The translations under genes and the position numbers were made by a program. From Phyllobates terribilis (lineage: Eukaryota), in contig NW_027362772.1 in the NCBI RefSeq assembly GCF_046119375.1, forward strand, positions 301,258,001-301,322,000: DNA of 64,000 nucleotides, given 5' to 3'. Of the stretch, positions 39,905-52,900 are shown piece by piece. Position 1 is the stretch's first letter; the number at the start of each line of letters is the position of its first letter. Under the pieces are notes generated by a model. The model was not told the DNA's origin. It saw only the letters and a program-made list of their open reading frames with translations, and did not search any database.

Positions 39905-42900
39905 GTGTATCTAAGCTTAATGTGTGATACAGTCTGAGGGGACCAGAATATAGAGGTGTATCTAAGCTTAATGTGTGATACAGTCTGAGGGGACCAGAAT
40001 ATACAGGTGTATCTAAGCCCATTGTGTGTGATACAGTCTGAGGGGACCAGAATATAGAGGTGTAGCTAAGCCCATTGTGTGTGATACAGTCTGAGGGGAC
40101 CAGAATATACAGGTGTATCTAAGCTTAATGTGTGATACAGTCTGAGGGGACCAGAATATACAGGTGTATCTAAGCCCATTGTGTGTGATACAGTCTGAGG
40201 GGACCAGAATATACAGGTGTATCTAAGCCCATTGTGTGTGATACAGTCTGAGGGGACCAGAATATACAGGTGTATCTAAGCCCATTGTGTGTGATACAGT
40301 CTGAGGGGACCAGAATATACAGGTGTATCTAAGCCCCTCGTGTGAGATACAGTATGAGGGGACCAGAATATACAGGTGTATCTAAGCCTAATGTGTGATA
40401 CAGTCTGAGGGGACCAGAATATATAGGTGTATCTAAGCCCCTCGTGTGAGATACAGTCTGAGGGGACCAGAATATACAGGTGTATCTAAGCCTAATGTGT
40501 GATACAGTCTGAGGGGACCAGACTATACAGGTGTATCTAAGCCTAATGTGTGATACAGTCTGAGGGGACCAGACTATACAGGTGTATCTAAGCCTAATGT
40601 GTGATACAGTCTGAGGGGACCAGAATATACAGGTGTATCTAAGCCCCTCGTGTGAGATACAGTATGAGGGGACCAGAATATACAGGTGTATCTAAGCCTA
40701 ATGTGTGATACAGTCTGAGAGGACCAGAATATAGAGGTGTATCTAAGCCTAATGTGTGATACAGTCTGAGGGGACCAGAATATAGAGGTGTATCTAAGCT
40801 TAATGTGTGATACAGTCTGAGGGGACCAGAATATACAGCTGTATCTAAGCTTAATGTGTGATACAGTCTGAGGGGACCAGAATATACAGGTGTATCTAAG
40901 CTTAATGTGTGATACAGTCTGAGGGGACCAGAATATAGAGGTGTATCTAAGCTTAATGTGTGATACAGTCTGAGGGGACCAGAATATACAGGTGTATCTA
41001 AGCTTAATGTGTGATACAGTCTGAGGGGACCAGAATATACAGATGTATCTAAGCTTAATGTGTGATACAGTCTGAGGGGACCAGAATATACAGGTGTATC
41101 TAAGCTTAATGTGTGATACAGTCTGAGGGGACCAGAATATAGAGGTGTATCTAAGCTTAATGTGTGATACAGTCTGAGGGGACCAGAATATACAGCTGTA
41201 TCTAAGCTTAATGTGTGATACAGTCTGAGGGGACCAGAATATACAGGTGTATCTAAGCTTAATGTGTGATACAGTCTGAGGGGACCAGAATATAGAGGTG
41301 TATCTAAGCTTAATGTGTGATACAGTCTGAGGGGACCAGAATATACAGCTGTATCTAAGCTTAATGTGTGATACAGTCTGAGGGGACCAGAATATACAGG
41401 TGTATCTAAGCTTAATGTGTGATACAGTCTGAGGGGACCAGAATATAGAGGTGTATCTAAGCCCATTGTGTGTGATACAGTCTGAGGGGACCAGAATATA
41501 GAGGTGTAGCTAAGCCCATTGTGTGTGATACAGTCTGAGGGGACCAGAATATACAGGTGTATCTAAGCTTAATGTGTGATACAGTCTGAGGGGACCAGAA
41601 TATACAGGTGTATCTAAGCCCATTGTGTGTGATACAGTCTGAGGGGACCAGAATATACAGGTGTATCTAAGCCCATTGTGTGTGATACAGTCTGAGGGGA
41701 CCAGAATATACAGGTGTATCTAAGCCTAATGTGTGATACAGTCTGAGGGGACCAGAATATACAGGTGTATCTAAGCCCCTCGTGTGAGATACAGTATGAG
41801 GGGACCAGAATATACAGGTGTATCTAAGCCTAATGTGTGATACAGTCTGAGGGGACCAGAATATACAGGTGTATCTAAGCCCCTCGTGTGAGATACAGTC
41901 TGAGGGGACCAGAATATACAGGTGTATCTAAGCCTAATGTGTGATACAGTCTGAGGGGACCAGACTATACAGGTGTATCTAAGCCTAATGTGTGATACAG
42001 TCTGAGGGGACCAGACTATACAGGTGTATCTAAGCCTAATGTGTGATACAGTCTGAGGGGACCAGAATATACAGGTGTATCTAAGCCCCTCGTGTGAGAT
42101 ACAGTATGAGGGGACCAGAATATACAGGTGTATCTAAGCCTAATGTGTGATACAGTCTGAGAGGACCAGAATATACAGATGTATCTAAGCCTAATGTGTG
42201 ATACAGTCTGAGGGAACCAGAATATAGAGGTGTATCTAAGCCTAATGTGTGATACAGTCTGAGGGGACCAGACTATACAGGTGTATCTAAGCCTAATGTG
42301 TGATACAGTCTGAGGGGACCAGAATATACAGGTGTATCTAAGCCCCTCGTGTGAGATACAGTATGAGGGGACCAGAATATACAGGTGTATCTAAGCCTAA
42401 TGTGTGATACAGTCTGAGAGGACCAGAATATACAGATGTATCTAAGCCTAATGTGTGATACAGTCTGAGGGGACCAGACTATACAGCTGTACCTAAGCCC
42501 CTCGTGTGAGATACAGTCTGAGAGGACCAGACTATACAGGTGTATCTAAGCCTAATGTGTGATACAGTCTGAGAGGACCAGAATATACAGATGTATCTAA
42601 GCCTAATGTGTGATACAGTCTGAGGGGACCAGACTATACAGGTGTATCTAAGCCTAATGTGTGATACAGTCTGAGAGGACCAGAATATACCGTTGTATCT
42701 AAGCCCCTCGTGTGAGATACAGTCTGAGGGGACCAGAATATACAGGTGTATCTAAGCCTAGTGTGCGATACAGTTTGAGGGGACCAGACTATACAGGTGT
42801 ATCTAAGCCCCTCGTGTGAGATACAGTCTGAGGGGACCAGAATATACAGGTGTATCTAAGCCCAATGTGTGATACAGTCTGAGGGGACCAGACTATACAG

Positions 42901-45900
42901 CTGTATCTAAGCCTACTGTGTGAGATACAGTCTGAGGGGACCAGAATATACAGGTGTATCTAAGCCCCTCGTGTGTGATACAGTCTGAGGGGCCCAGAAT
43001 ATACAGGTGTATCTAAACCTAATGTGTGATACAGTCTGAGAGGACCAGAATATATAGGTGTATCTAAGCCCCTCGTGTGAGATACAGTCTGAGGGGCCCA
43101 GAATATACAGGTGTATCTAAGCCCCTCGTGTGAGATACAGTCTGAGAGGACCAGAATATATAGGTGTATCTAAGCCCCTCGTGTGAGATACAGTCTGAGA
43201 GGACCAGAATATACAGGTGTATCTAAGCCCCTCGTGTGAGATACAGTCTGAGAGGACCAGAATATACAGGTGTATCTAAGCCCCTCGTGTGAGATACAGT
43301 CTGAGGGGCCCAGAATATACAGGTGTATCTAAGCCCCTCGTGTGTGATACAGTCTGAGGGGACCAGAATATATAGGTGTATCTAAGCCCCTCGTGTGAGA
43401 TACAGTCTGAGAGGACCAGAATATACAGGTGTATCTAAGCCCCTCGTGTGAGATACAGTCTGAGGGGCCCAGAATATACAGGTGTATCTAAGCCCCTCGT
43501 GTGAGATACAGTCTGAGAGGACCAGAATATACAGGTGTATCTAAGCCCCTCGTGTGAGATACAGTCTGAGGGGACCAGAATATACCGTTATATCTAAGCC
43601 CCTCGTGTGAGATACAGTCTGAGGGGACCAGAATATACAGGTGTATCTAAGCCTAGTGTGCAATACAGTTTGAGGGGACCAGACTATACAGGTGTATCTA
43701 AGCCCCTCGTGTGAGATACAGTCTGAGGGGACCAGAATATACAGGTGTATCTAAGCCCAATGTGTGATACAGTCTGAGGGGACCAGACTATACAGCTGTA
43801 TCTAAGCCCCTCGTGTGAGATACAGTTTGAGGGGACCAGAATATACAGGTGTATCTAAGCCTAATGTGTGATACAGTCTGAGAGGACCGGAATATACAGA
43901 TGTATCTAAGCCTACTGTGTGAGATACAGTCTGAGGGGACCAGAATATACAGGTGTATCTAAGCCCCTCGTGTGTGATACAGTCTGAGGGGACCAGAATA
44001 TACAGATGTATCTAAGCCTACTGTGTGAGATACAGTCTGAGGGGACCAGAATATACAGGTGTATCTAAGCCCCTCGTGTGTGATACAGTCTGAGGGGCCC
44101 AGAATATACAGGTGTATCTAAACCTAATGTGTGATACAGTCTGAGAGGACCAGAATATATAGGTGTATCTAAGCCCCTCGTGTGAGATACAGTCTGAGGG
44201 GCCCAGAATATACAGGTGTATCTAAGCCCCTCGTGTGAGATACAGTCTGAGAGGACCAGAATATATAGGTGTATCTAAGCCCCTCGTGTGAGATACAGTC
44301 TGAGAGGACCAGAATATACAGGTGTATCTAAGCCCCTCGTGTGAGATACAGTCTGAGGGGCCCAGAATATACAGGTGTATCTAAGCCCCTCGTGTGTGAT
44401 ACAGTCTGAGGGGACCAGAATATATAGGTGTATCTAAGTCTAATGTGTAATACAGTCTGAGGGGACCAGAATATATAGGTGTATCTAAGCCCCTCGTGTG
44501 AGATACAGTCTGAGGGGCCCAGAATATACAGGTGTATCTAAGCCCCTCGTGTGAGATACAGTCTGAGAGGACCAGAATATATAGGTGGATCTAAGCCCCT
44601 CATGTGAGATACAGTCTGAGAGGACCAGAATATACAGGTGTATCTAAGCCCCTCGTGTGAGATACAGTCTGAGAGGACCAGAATATACAGATGTATCTAA
44701 GCCCCTCGTGTGAGATACAGTCTGAGGGGACCAGAATATACAGGTGTATCTAAGTCTAATGTGTGATACAGTCTGAGAGGACCAGAATATATAGGTGTAT
44801 CTAAGCCCCTCGTGTGAGATACAGTCTGAGGGGACCAGAATATACACGTGTATCTAAGCCTAATGTGTGATACAGTCTGAGGGGACCAGAATATACAGGT
44901 GTATCTAAGCCTACTGCGTGATACAGTCTGAGGGAACCAGAATATACAGGTGTATCTAAGCCCCTCGTGTGTGATACAGTCTGAGGGGCCCAGAATATAC
45001 AGGTGTATCTAAACCTAATGTGTGATACAGTCTGAGAGGACCAGAATATATAGGTGTATCTAAGCCCCTCGTGTGAGATACAGTCTGAGGGGCCCAGAAT
45101 ATACAGGTGTATCTAAGCCCCTCGTGTGAGATACAGTCTGAGAGGACCAGAATATATAGGTGTATCTAAGCCCCTCGTGTGAGATACAGTCTGAGAGGAC
45201 CAGAATATACAGGTGTATCTAAGCCCCTCGTGTGAGATACAGTCTGAGAGGACCAGAATATACAGGTGTATCTAAGCCCCTCGTGTGAGATACAGTCTGA
45301 GGGGCCCAGAATATACAGGTGTATCTAAGCCCCTCGTGTGTGATACAGTCTGAGGGGACCAGAATATATAGGTGTATCTAAGTCTAATGTGTAATACAGT
45401 CTGAGGGGACCAGAATATATAGGTGTATCTAAGCCCCTCGTGTGAGATACAGTCTGAGGGGCCCAGAATATACAGGTGTATCTAAGCCCCTCGTGTGAGA
45501 TACAGTCTGAGAGGACCAGAATATATAGGTGGATCTAAGCCCCTCATGTGAGATACAGTCTGAGAGGACCAGAATATACAGGTGTATCTAAGCCCCTCGT
45601 GTGAGATACAGTCTGAGAGGACCAGAATATACAGATGTATCTAAGCCCCTCGTGTGAGATACAGTCTGAGGGGACCAGAATATACAGGTGTATCTAAGTC
45701 TAATGTGTGATACAGTCTGAGAGGACCAGAATATATAGGTGTATCTAAGCCCCTCGTGTGAGATACAGTCTGAGGGGACCAGAATATACACGTGTATCTA
45801 AGCCTAATGTGTGATACAGTCTGAGGGGACCAGAATATACAGGTGTATCTAAGCCTACTGCGTGATACAGTCTGAGGGAACCAGAATATACAGGTGTATC

Positions 45901-46110
45901 TAAGCCTAGTGTGTGATACAGTTTGAGACCAGAATATACAGATGTATCTAAGCCCCTCGTGTGTGATACAGTCTGAGGGGCCCAGAATATACAGATGTAT
46001 CTAAGCCCCTCGTGTGTGATACAGTCTGAGGAGACCGGAATATACAGGTGTATCTAAGCCTAGTGTGTGATACAGTATGAGGGGACCAGAATATACAGCT
46101 GTATCTAAGC
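39905..46110. repeat. 51/53-bp minisatellite (GATACAGTCTGAGGGGACCAGAATATACAGGTGTATCTAAGC-TTAATGTGT/-CCCTCGTGTGA), ~120 copies
   Basis: 17-aa period in ORF 40639-41466. Identical ORFs at 44644 and 45588 (944 bp apart). Rare variant TGTAGCTAAG at 40061 and 41505. Confidence 0.97.
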
Positions 46111-46189
46111 CTTTTCATGTGTGATACTCTCTGTGGAATGTACTGGAGTATCTAAGCCTACATCTGCTGGAAACACTCTGTGCTGCTGT

Positions 46190-46450
46190 GGCGGTTCCCT
46201 ATCACGTCCGTTACTGAACGTCGTCCGTCCGTGGCCACGCCCACGTAACAAGGTTCCCGCCGCCGTCACCATAGTAACTGCCGGCAGATGGCGCCCGGCT
46301 CCTCGTTATTACTCCGTCCAGCAGAAATAGCTGCCGACCACCGCTGGTTATTAACCCCCGAGGTCCCGCACTGCGGCCACCGCTGCCGTGTGAATATCAT
46401 CACCACTGAAAGATGGCGGAGGAGAACGACCCCGGGCGGGGGGGCAAACT
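46190..46450. promoter_or_regulatory. CpG-rich promoter-like island (possible distal mad2l2 / draxin promoter)
   Basis: KLF/Sp GGCCACGCCCA 46233-46243, RFX X-box GTCACCATAGTAAC 46265-46278, YY1 AAGATGGCGG 46410-46419. Gene assignment is inferred from synteny. Confidence 0.55.
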
Positions 46451-46921
46451 GTGACATCACCGGGGGGCACAACCCCTTCAGCTTAAACTGGAATATCCCT
46501 TTAAGATCGATGGGGTCCAGACACCTCTGCAGCCCCCATGTACTGTTGAACTAGGAACAGCGCCACACACACAGTGGTGGCCATGCTTGGTACTGCAGCT
46601 CAGTCCTATCAGGATTTCAGCGCTGAGGACAGAATGCAGGGAGCAGACACTGAGGCATCTTCTGACCTGCCTGCAGGGTCCGGTTTTGGCCACTAGGTGT
46701 CAGCACATGTGAGATCTGCAGGGGATGAGATTATTTGCAAAATTGCTTAATTACTGTTGTTGAAAAAGTTAAAGTTTGGCCTTTAATGGATTGATGTGGA
46801 AGTGTGAGTGATCTGCCAGCGGACGTCACCCCGGTATAACGCCATCAGTGCAGGGGTCACCCCAAAGAGAGGCCAGATATTGGGGACGGGTTTTATTTTC
46901 CCCTATAAAAGTAGCATTTCT

Positions 46922-49900
46922 GATAAGGAAGAGCATGAAGATGGGATTAATGATAAGGAAGAGCATGAAGATGGGATTAATGATAAGGAAGAGCATGAAG
47001 ATGGGATTAATGAAAAGGAAGAGCATGAAGATGGGATTAATGATAAGGCAGAGCATGAAGATGGGATTAATGATAAGGCAGAGCATGAAGATGGGATTAA
47101 TGATAAGGCAGAGCATGAAGATGGGATTAATGAAAAGGAAGAGCATGAAGATGGGATTAATGATAAAGCAGAGCATGAAGATGGGATTAATGATAAAGCA
47201 GAGCATGAAGATGGGATTAATGATAAAGCAGAGCATGAAGATGGGATTAATGATAAAGCAGAGCATGAAGATGGGATTAATGATAAATCAGAGCATGAAG
47301 ATGGGATTAATGATAAATCAGAGCATGAAGATGGGATTAATGATAAGGCAGAGCATGAAGATGGGATTAATGATAAGGAAGAGCATGAAGATGGGATTAA
47401 TGATAAGGCAGAGCATGAAGATGGGATTAATGATAAGGAAGAGCATGAAGATGGGATTAATGATAAGGAAGAGCATGAAGATGGGATTAATGATAAGGCA
47501 GAGCATGAAGATGGGATTAATGATAAAGCAGAGCATGAAGATGGGATTAATGATAAGGCAGAGCATGAAGATGGGATTAATGATAAGGAAGAGCATGAAG
47601 ATGGGATTAATGATAAGGAAGAGCATGAAGATGGGATTAATGATAAGGCAGAGCATGAAGATGGGATTAATGATAAGGAAGAGCATGAAGATGGGATTAA
47701 TGATAAGGAAGAGCATGAAGATGGGATTAATGATAAGGCAGAGCATGAAGATGGGATTAATGATAAGGAAGAGCATGAAGATGGGATTAATGATAAGGAA
47801 GAGCATGAAGATGGGATTAATGATAAGGAAGAGCATGAAGATGGGATTAATGATAAGGAAGAGCATGAAGATGGGATTAATGATAAGGAAGAGCATGAAG
47901 ATGGGATTAATGATAAAGCAGAGCATGAAGATGGGATTAATGATAAGGCAGAGCATGAAGATGGGATTAATGATAAGGAAGAGCATGAAGATGGGATTAA
48001 TGATAAGGAAGAGCATGAAGATGGGATTAATGATAAGGCAGAGCATGAAGATGGGATTAATGATAAGGAAGAGCATGAAGATGGGATTAATGATAAGGAA
48101 GAGCATGAAGATGGGATTAATGATAAGGAAGAGCATGAAGATGGGATTAATGATAAGGAAGAGCATGAAGATGGGATTAATGATAAAGCAGAGCATGGAG
48201 ATGGGATTAATGATAAGGCAGAGCATGAAGATGGGATTAATGAAAAGGAAGAGCATGAAGATGGGATTAATGATAAGGAAGAGCATGAAGATGGGATTAA
48301 TGATAAAGCAGAGCATGAAGATGGGATTAATGATAAATCAGAGCATGAAGATGGGATTAATGATAAGGCAGAGCATGAAGATGGGATTAATGATAAGGAA
48401 GAGCATGAAGATGGGATTAATGATAAGGAAGAGCATGAAGATGGGATTAATGATAAGGAAGAGCATGAAGATGGGATTAATGATAAGGCAGAGCATGAAG
48501 ATGGGATTAATGATAAGGCAGAGCATGAAGATGGGATTAATGATAAAACAGAGCATGAAGATGGGATTAATGATAAGGAAGAGCATGAAGATGGGATTAA
48601 TGATAAAGCAGAGCATGAAGATGGGATTAATGATAAGGAAGAGCATGAAGATGGGATTAATGATAAGGAAGAGCATGAAAATGGGATTAATGATAAGGAA
48701 GCGCATGAAGATGGGGTTAATGATAAGGAAGAGCATGAATATGGGATTAATGATAAGGAAGAGCATGAAGATGGGATTAATGATAAGGAAGAGCATGAAG
48801 ATGGGACTAATGATAAGGCAGAGCATGAAGATGGGATTAATGATGAGGCAGAGCATGAAGATGGGATTAATGATAAGGCAGAGCATGAAGATGGGATTAA
48901 TGATAAGGAAGAGCATGAAGATGGGATTAATGATAAGGAAGAGCATGAAGATGGGATTAATGATAAGGAAGAGCGAGAAAATGGGATTAATGATAAGGAA
49001 GAGCATGAAGATGGGATTAATGATAAGGCAGAAGATGAAGATGGGATTAATGATAAGGCAGAGCATGAAGATGGGATTAATGATAAGGCAGAGCATGAAG
49101 ATGGGATTAATGATGAGGAAGAGCATGAAGATGGGATTAATGATAAAGCAGAATATGAAGATGGGATTAATGATAAAGCAGAAGATGAAGATGGGATTAA
49201 TGATAAGGAAGAGCATGAAGATGGGATTAATGATAAGGCAGAGCATGAAGATGGGATTAATGACAAGGCAGAGCATGAAGATGGGATTAATGACGAGGAA
49301 GAGCATGAAGATGGGATTAATAACAAGGAAGAGCATGAAGATGGGATTAATAACAAGGAAGAGCATGAAGATGGGATTAATGATAAGGAAGAGCATGAAA
49401 ATGGGATGAATGATAAGGAAGAGCATGAAAATGGGATGAATGATAAGGAAGAGCATGAAGATGGGATTAATGATAAGGAAGAGCATGAAGATGGGATTGA
49501 TAAGGCAGAGAATGAAGATGGGATTAATGATAAGGAAGAGCATGAAGATGGGATTAATGATCAGGAAGAGCATGAAAATGGGATTAATGATAAGGCGGAG
49601 CATGAAGATGGGATTAATGATAAAGCAGAGCATGAAGATGGGATTAATGATAAAGCCGAGCATGAAGATGGGATTAATGATAAAGCAGAGCATGAAGATG
49701 GGATTAATGATAAGGAAGAGCATGAAGATGGGATTAATAATAAGGCCGAGAATGAAGATGGGATTAATGATAAGGCAGAGCATGAGGATGGGATTAATGA
49801 TAAGGCCGAGCATGAAAATGGGATTCATGATAAGGCAGAGCATGAAGATGGGATTCATGATAAAGCAGAGAATGAAGATGGGATTAATGATAAGGAAGAG

Positions 49901-52900
49901 CATGAAGATGGGATTAATGATAAGGAAGAGCATGAAGATGGGATTAATGATAAGGCCGAGCATGAAGATGCGATTAATTATAAGGAAGAGCATGAAGATG
50001 GGATTAATGATAAGGCAGAGCATGAAGATGGGATTAATGATAAGGCAGAGAATGAAGATGGGATTAATGATAAGGCAGAGAATGAAGATGGGATTAATGA
50101 TAAGGCAGAGCATGAATATGGGATTAATGATAAGGAAGAGCATGAAGATGGGATGAATGATAAGGAAGAACATGAAGATGGGATTAATGATAAGGAAGAG
50201 CATGAAGATGGGATTAATGATAAGGAAGAGCATGAAGATGGGATTAATGATAAGGAAGAGCATGAAGATGGGATTAATGATAAGGCAGAGCATGAAGATG
50301 GGATTAATGATAAGGAAGAGCATGAAGATGGGATTAATGATAAGGCAGAGCATGAAGATGGGATTAATGATAAGGAAGAGAATGAAGATGGGATTAATGA
50401 TAAGGCAGAGCATGAAGAAGGGATTAATGATAAGGCAGAGCATGAAGATGGGATTAATGATAAGGCAGAGCATGAAGATGGGATTAATGATAAGGAAGAG
50501 CATGAAGATGGGATTAATGATAAGGAAGAGCATGAAGATGGGATTAATGTTAAAACAGAAGATGAAGATGGGATTAATGATAAGGCCGAGCATCAAGATG
50601 GGTTTCCTAATAAGGCAGAGCATGAAGATGGGTTTCCTAATAAGGCAGAGCATGAAGATGGGATTCCTGATGAGGGAGAGCATGAAGATGGGATTCCTGA
50701 TAAGACAGAGCATGAAGATGGGATTCCCAATAAGTCAGAGCATGAAGATGGGAGTCCCGATAAGGCTGAGCATGAACATGGGATTCTCTATAAGGCAGAG
50801 CATGAAGATGGGATTCCTGATGAGGGAGAGCATGAAGATGGGATTCCTGATAAGGCAGCGCATGAAGATGGGATTCTTAATAAGGCAGAACATGAAGATG
50901 GGATTTCTGCTGAGGCAGAGCATGAAGATGGGATTCCCCATAAGGCAGAGCATGAAGATGGGATTCCTGATAAGGCAGAGCATGAAGATGGGATTCCTGA
51001 TAAGGCAGAGCATGAAGATGGGAGTCCTGATAAGGCAGGGCACGAAGATGGGATTCCTGATAAGTAAGAGCATGAAGATGGGATTCCTGATAAGGAAGAG
51101 CATGAAGATGGGATTCCTAATAAGGCAGAACATGAAGATGGGATTCCTGATGAGGCAGAGCATGAAGATGGGATTCCACATAAGGCAGAGCATGTAGATG
51201 GGAGTCCCGATAAGGCAGAGCATGAAGATGGGAGTCCTGATAAGTCAGGGCATGAAGATGGAATTCCTGATAAGGAAGAGCATGAAGATGGGATTCCTGA
51301 TAAGGAAGAGCCTGAAGATGTGTTTTCTGATAAGGCAGAGCATGACAATGGGATTCCTAATAAGGCAGAACATGAGGGTGGGATTCCTGATAAGGCAGAG
51401 GATTAAAATGGGATTCCTTATAAGGCAGATCATGGAGGCGGGATTCCCGATAAGGCAGGGCATGAAGATGGGATTACTGATAAGACAGAGGATTAAAATT
51501 GAATTCCTGATAAGGCAGAGCATGAAGATGGGATTCCTGATAAGGCTGCGCATAAAGATGGGATTCCTGATAAGGCAGAATATGAAGATGGGATTCCTGA
51601 TGAGGCAGAGCATGAATATGGGATTCCTGATGAAGCAGAACATGAAGATGGGATTCCTAATAAGGCAGAACATGAGGGTGGGATTCCTGATAAGGCAGAG
51701 CATGAAGATGGGATTCCTGATAAGGCAGAGGATTAAAATGGGATTCCTGATAAGGCAGATCATGGAGGTGGGATTTCTGATAAAACAGAGGATTAAAATG
51801 GAATTCCAGATAAGGCAGATCATGGAGGTGGGATTCCTGATAAGGCAGAGCATGAAGATGGGATTCCTAATAAGGGAGAACATGAAGGTGGGATTACTGA
51901 TAAGGCAGCGGATTAAAATGGGATTCCTGATAAGGCAGATCATGGAGGTGGGATTCCTGATAAGGCAGAGGATAAAAATGGAATTCTGGATAAGGCAGAT
52001 CATGGAGGTGGGATTCCTGATAAGGCAGGGCATGAAAATGGGAATCCAGATAAGGCAGATCATAAAGGTGGGATTCTTGATAAGGCAGAGCATGAAGATG
52101 GGATTCCTAATAAGGCAGAACATGAGGGTGGGATTCCTGATAAGGCAGAGCATGACGATGTGATTCCCGATAAGGCAGAGCATGAAGATGGGATTCCCGA
52201 TAAGGCAGAGCATGAAGATGGGATTCCCAATAAGGCAGGGCATGAAGATGGGATTCCTGATAAGGCAGAGGATTAAAATAGGATTTCTGATCAGGCAGAT
52301 CATGGAGGTGGGATTCCTGATAAGGAAGAGGATTAAAATGGAATTCCGCACAAAGCTGATCATGGAGGTGGGATTCCTGATAAGACAGAGGATTAAAATG
52401 GAATTCCAGATAAGTCAGATCATGGAGGTGGGATTCCTTATAAGGCAGGGCATGACGATGGGATTCCTAATAAGGCAGAACATGAGGGTGGGATTCCTGA
52501 TAAGGCAGAGGATTAAAATGGGATTCCTGATAAGGCAGATCATGGAGGTGGGATTCCTTATAAGGCAGGGCATGAAGATGGGATTTCTGATAAGGCAAAG
52601 CATGAAGATGGGTTTCCAGATAAGGCAGAACATGAGGGTGGGATTCCTGATAAGGCAGAGGATTAAAATGGGATTCCTTATAAGGCAGATCATGGAGGTG
52701 GGATTCCTGATAAAACAGAGGATTAAAATGGAATTCCAGATAAGTCAGATCATGGAGGTGGGATTCCTTATAAGGCAGGGCATGACGATGGGATTCCTAA
52801 TAAGGCAGAACATGAGGGTGGGATTCCTGATAAGGCAGAGGATTAAAATGGGATTCCTGATAAGGCAGATCATGGAGGTGGGATTCCTTATAAGGCAGGG

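Noticed and set aside
40639-41466. 275-aa ORF (LDTPVYSGPLRLYHTLS)n
   Set aside because: A run of 51-bp units, broken wherever 53-bp variants occur.
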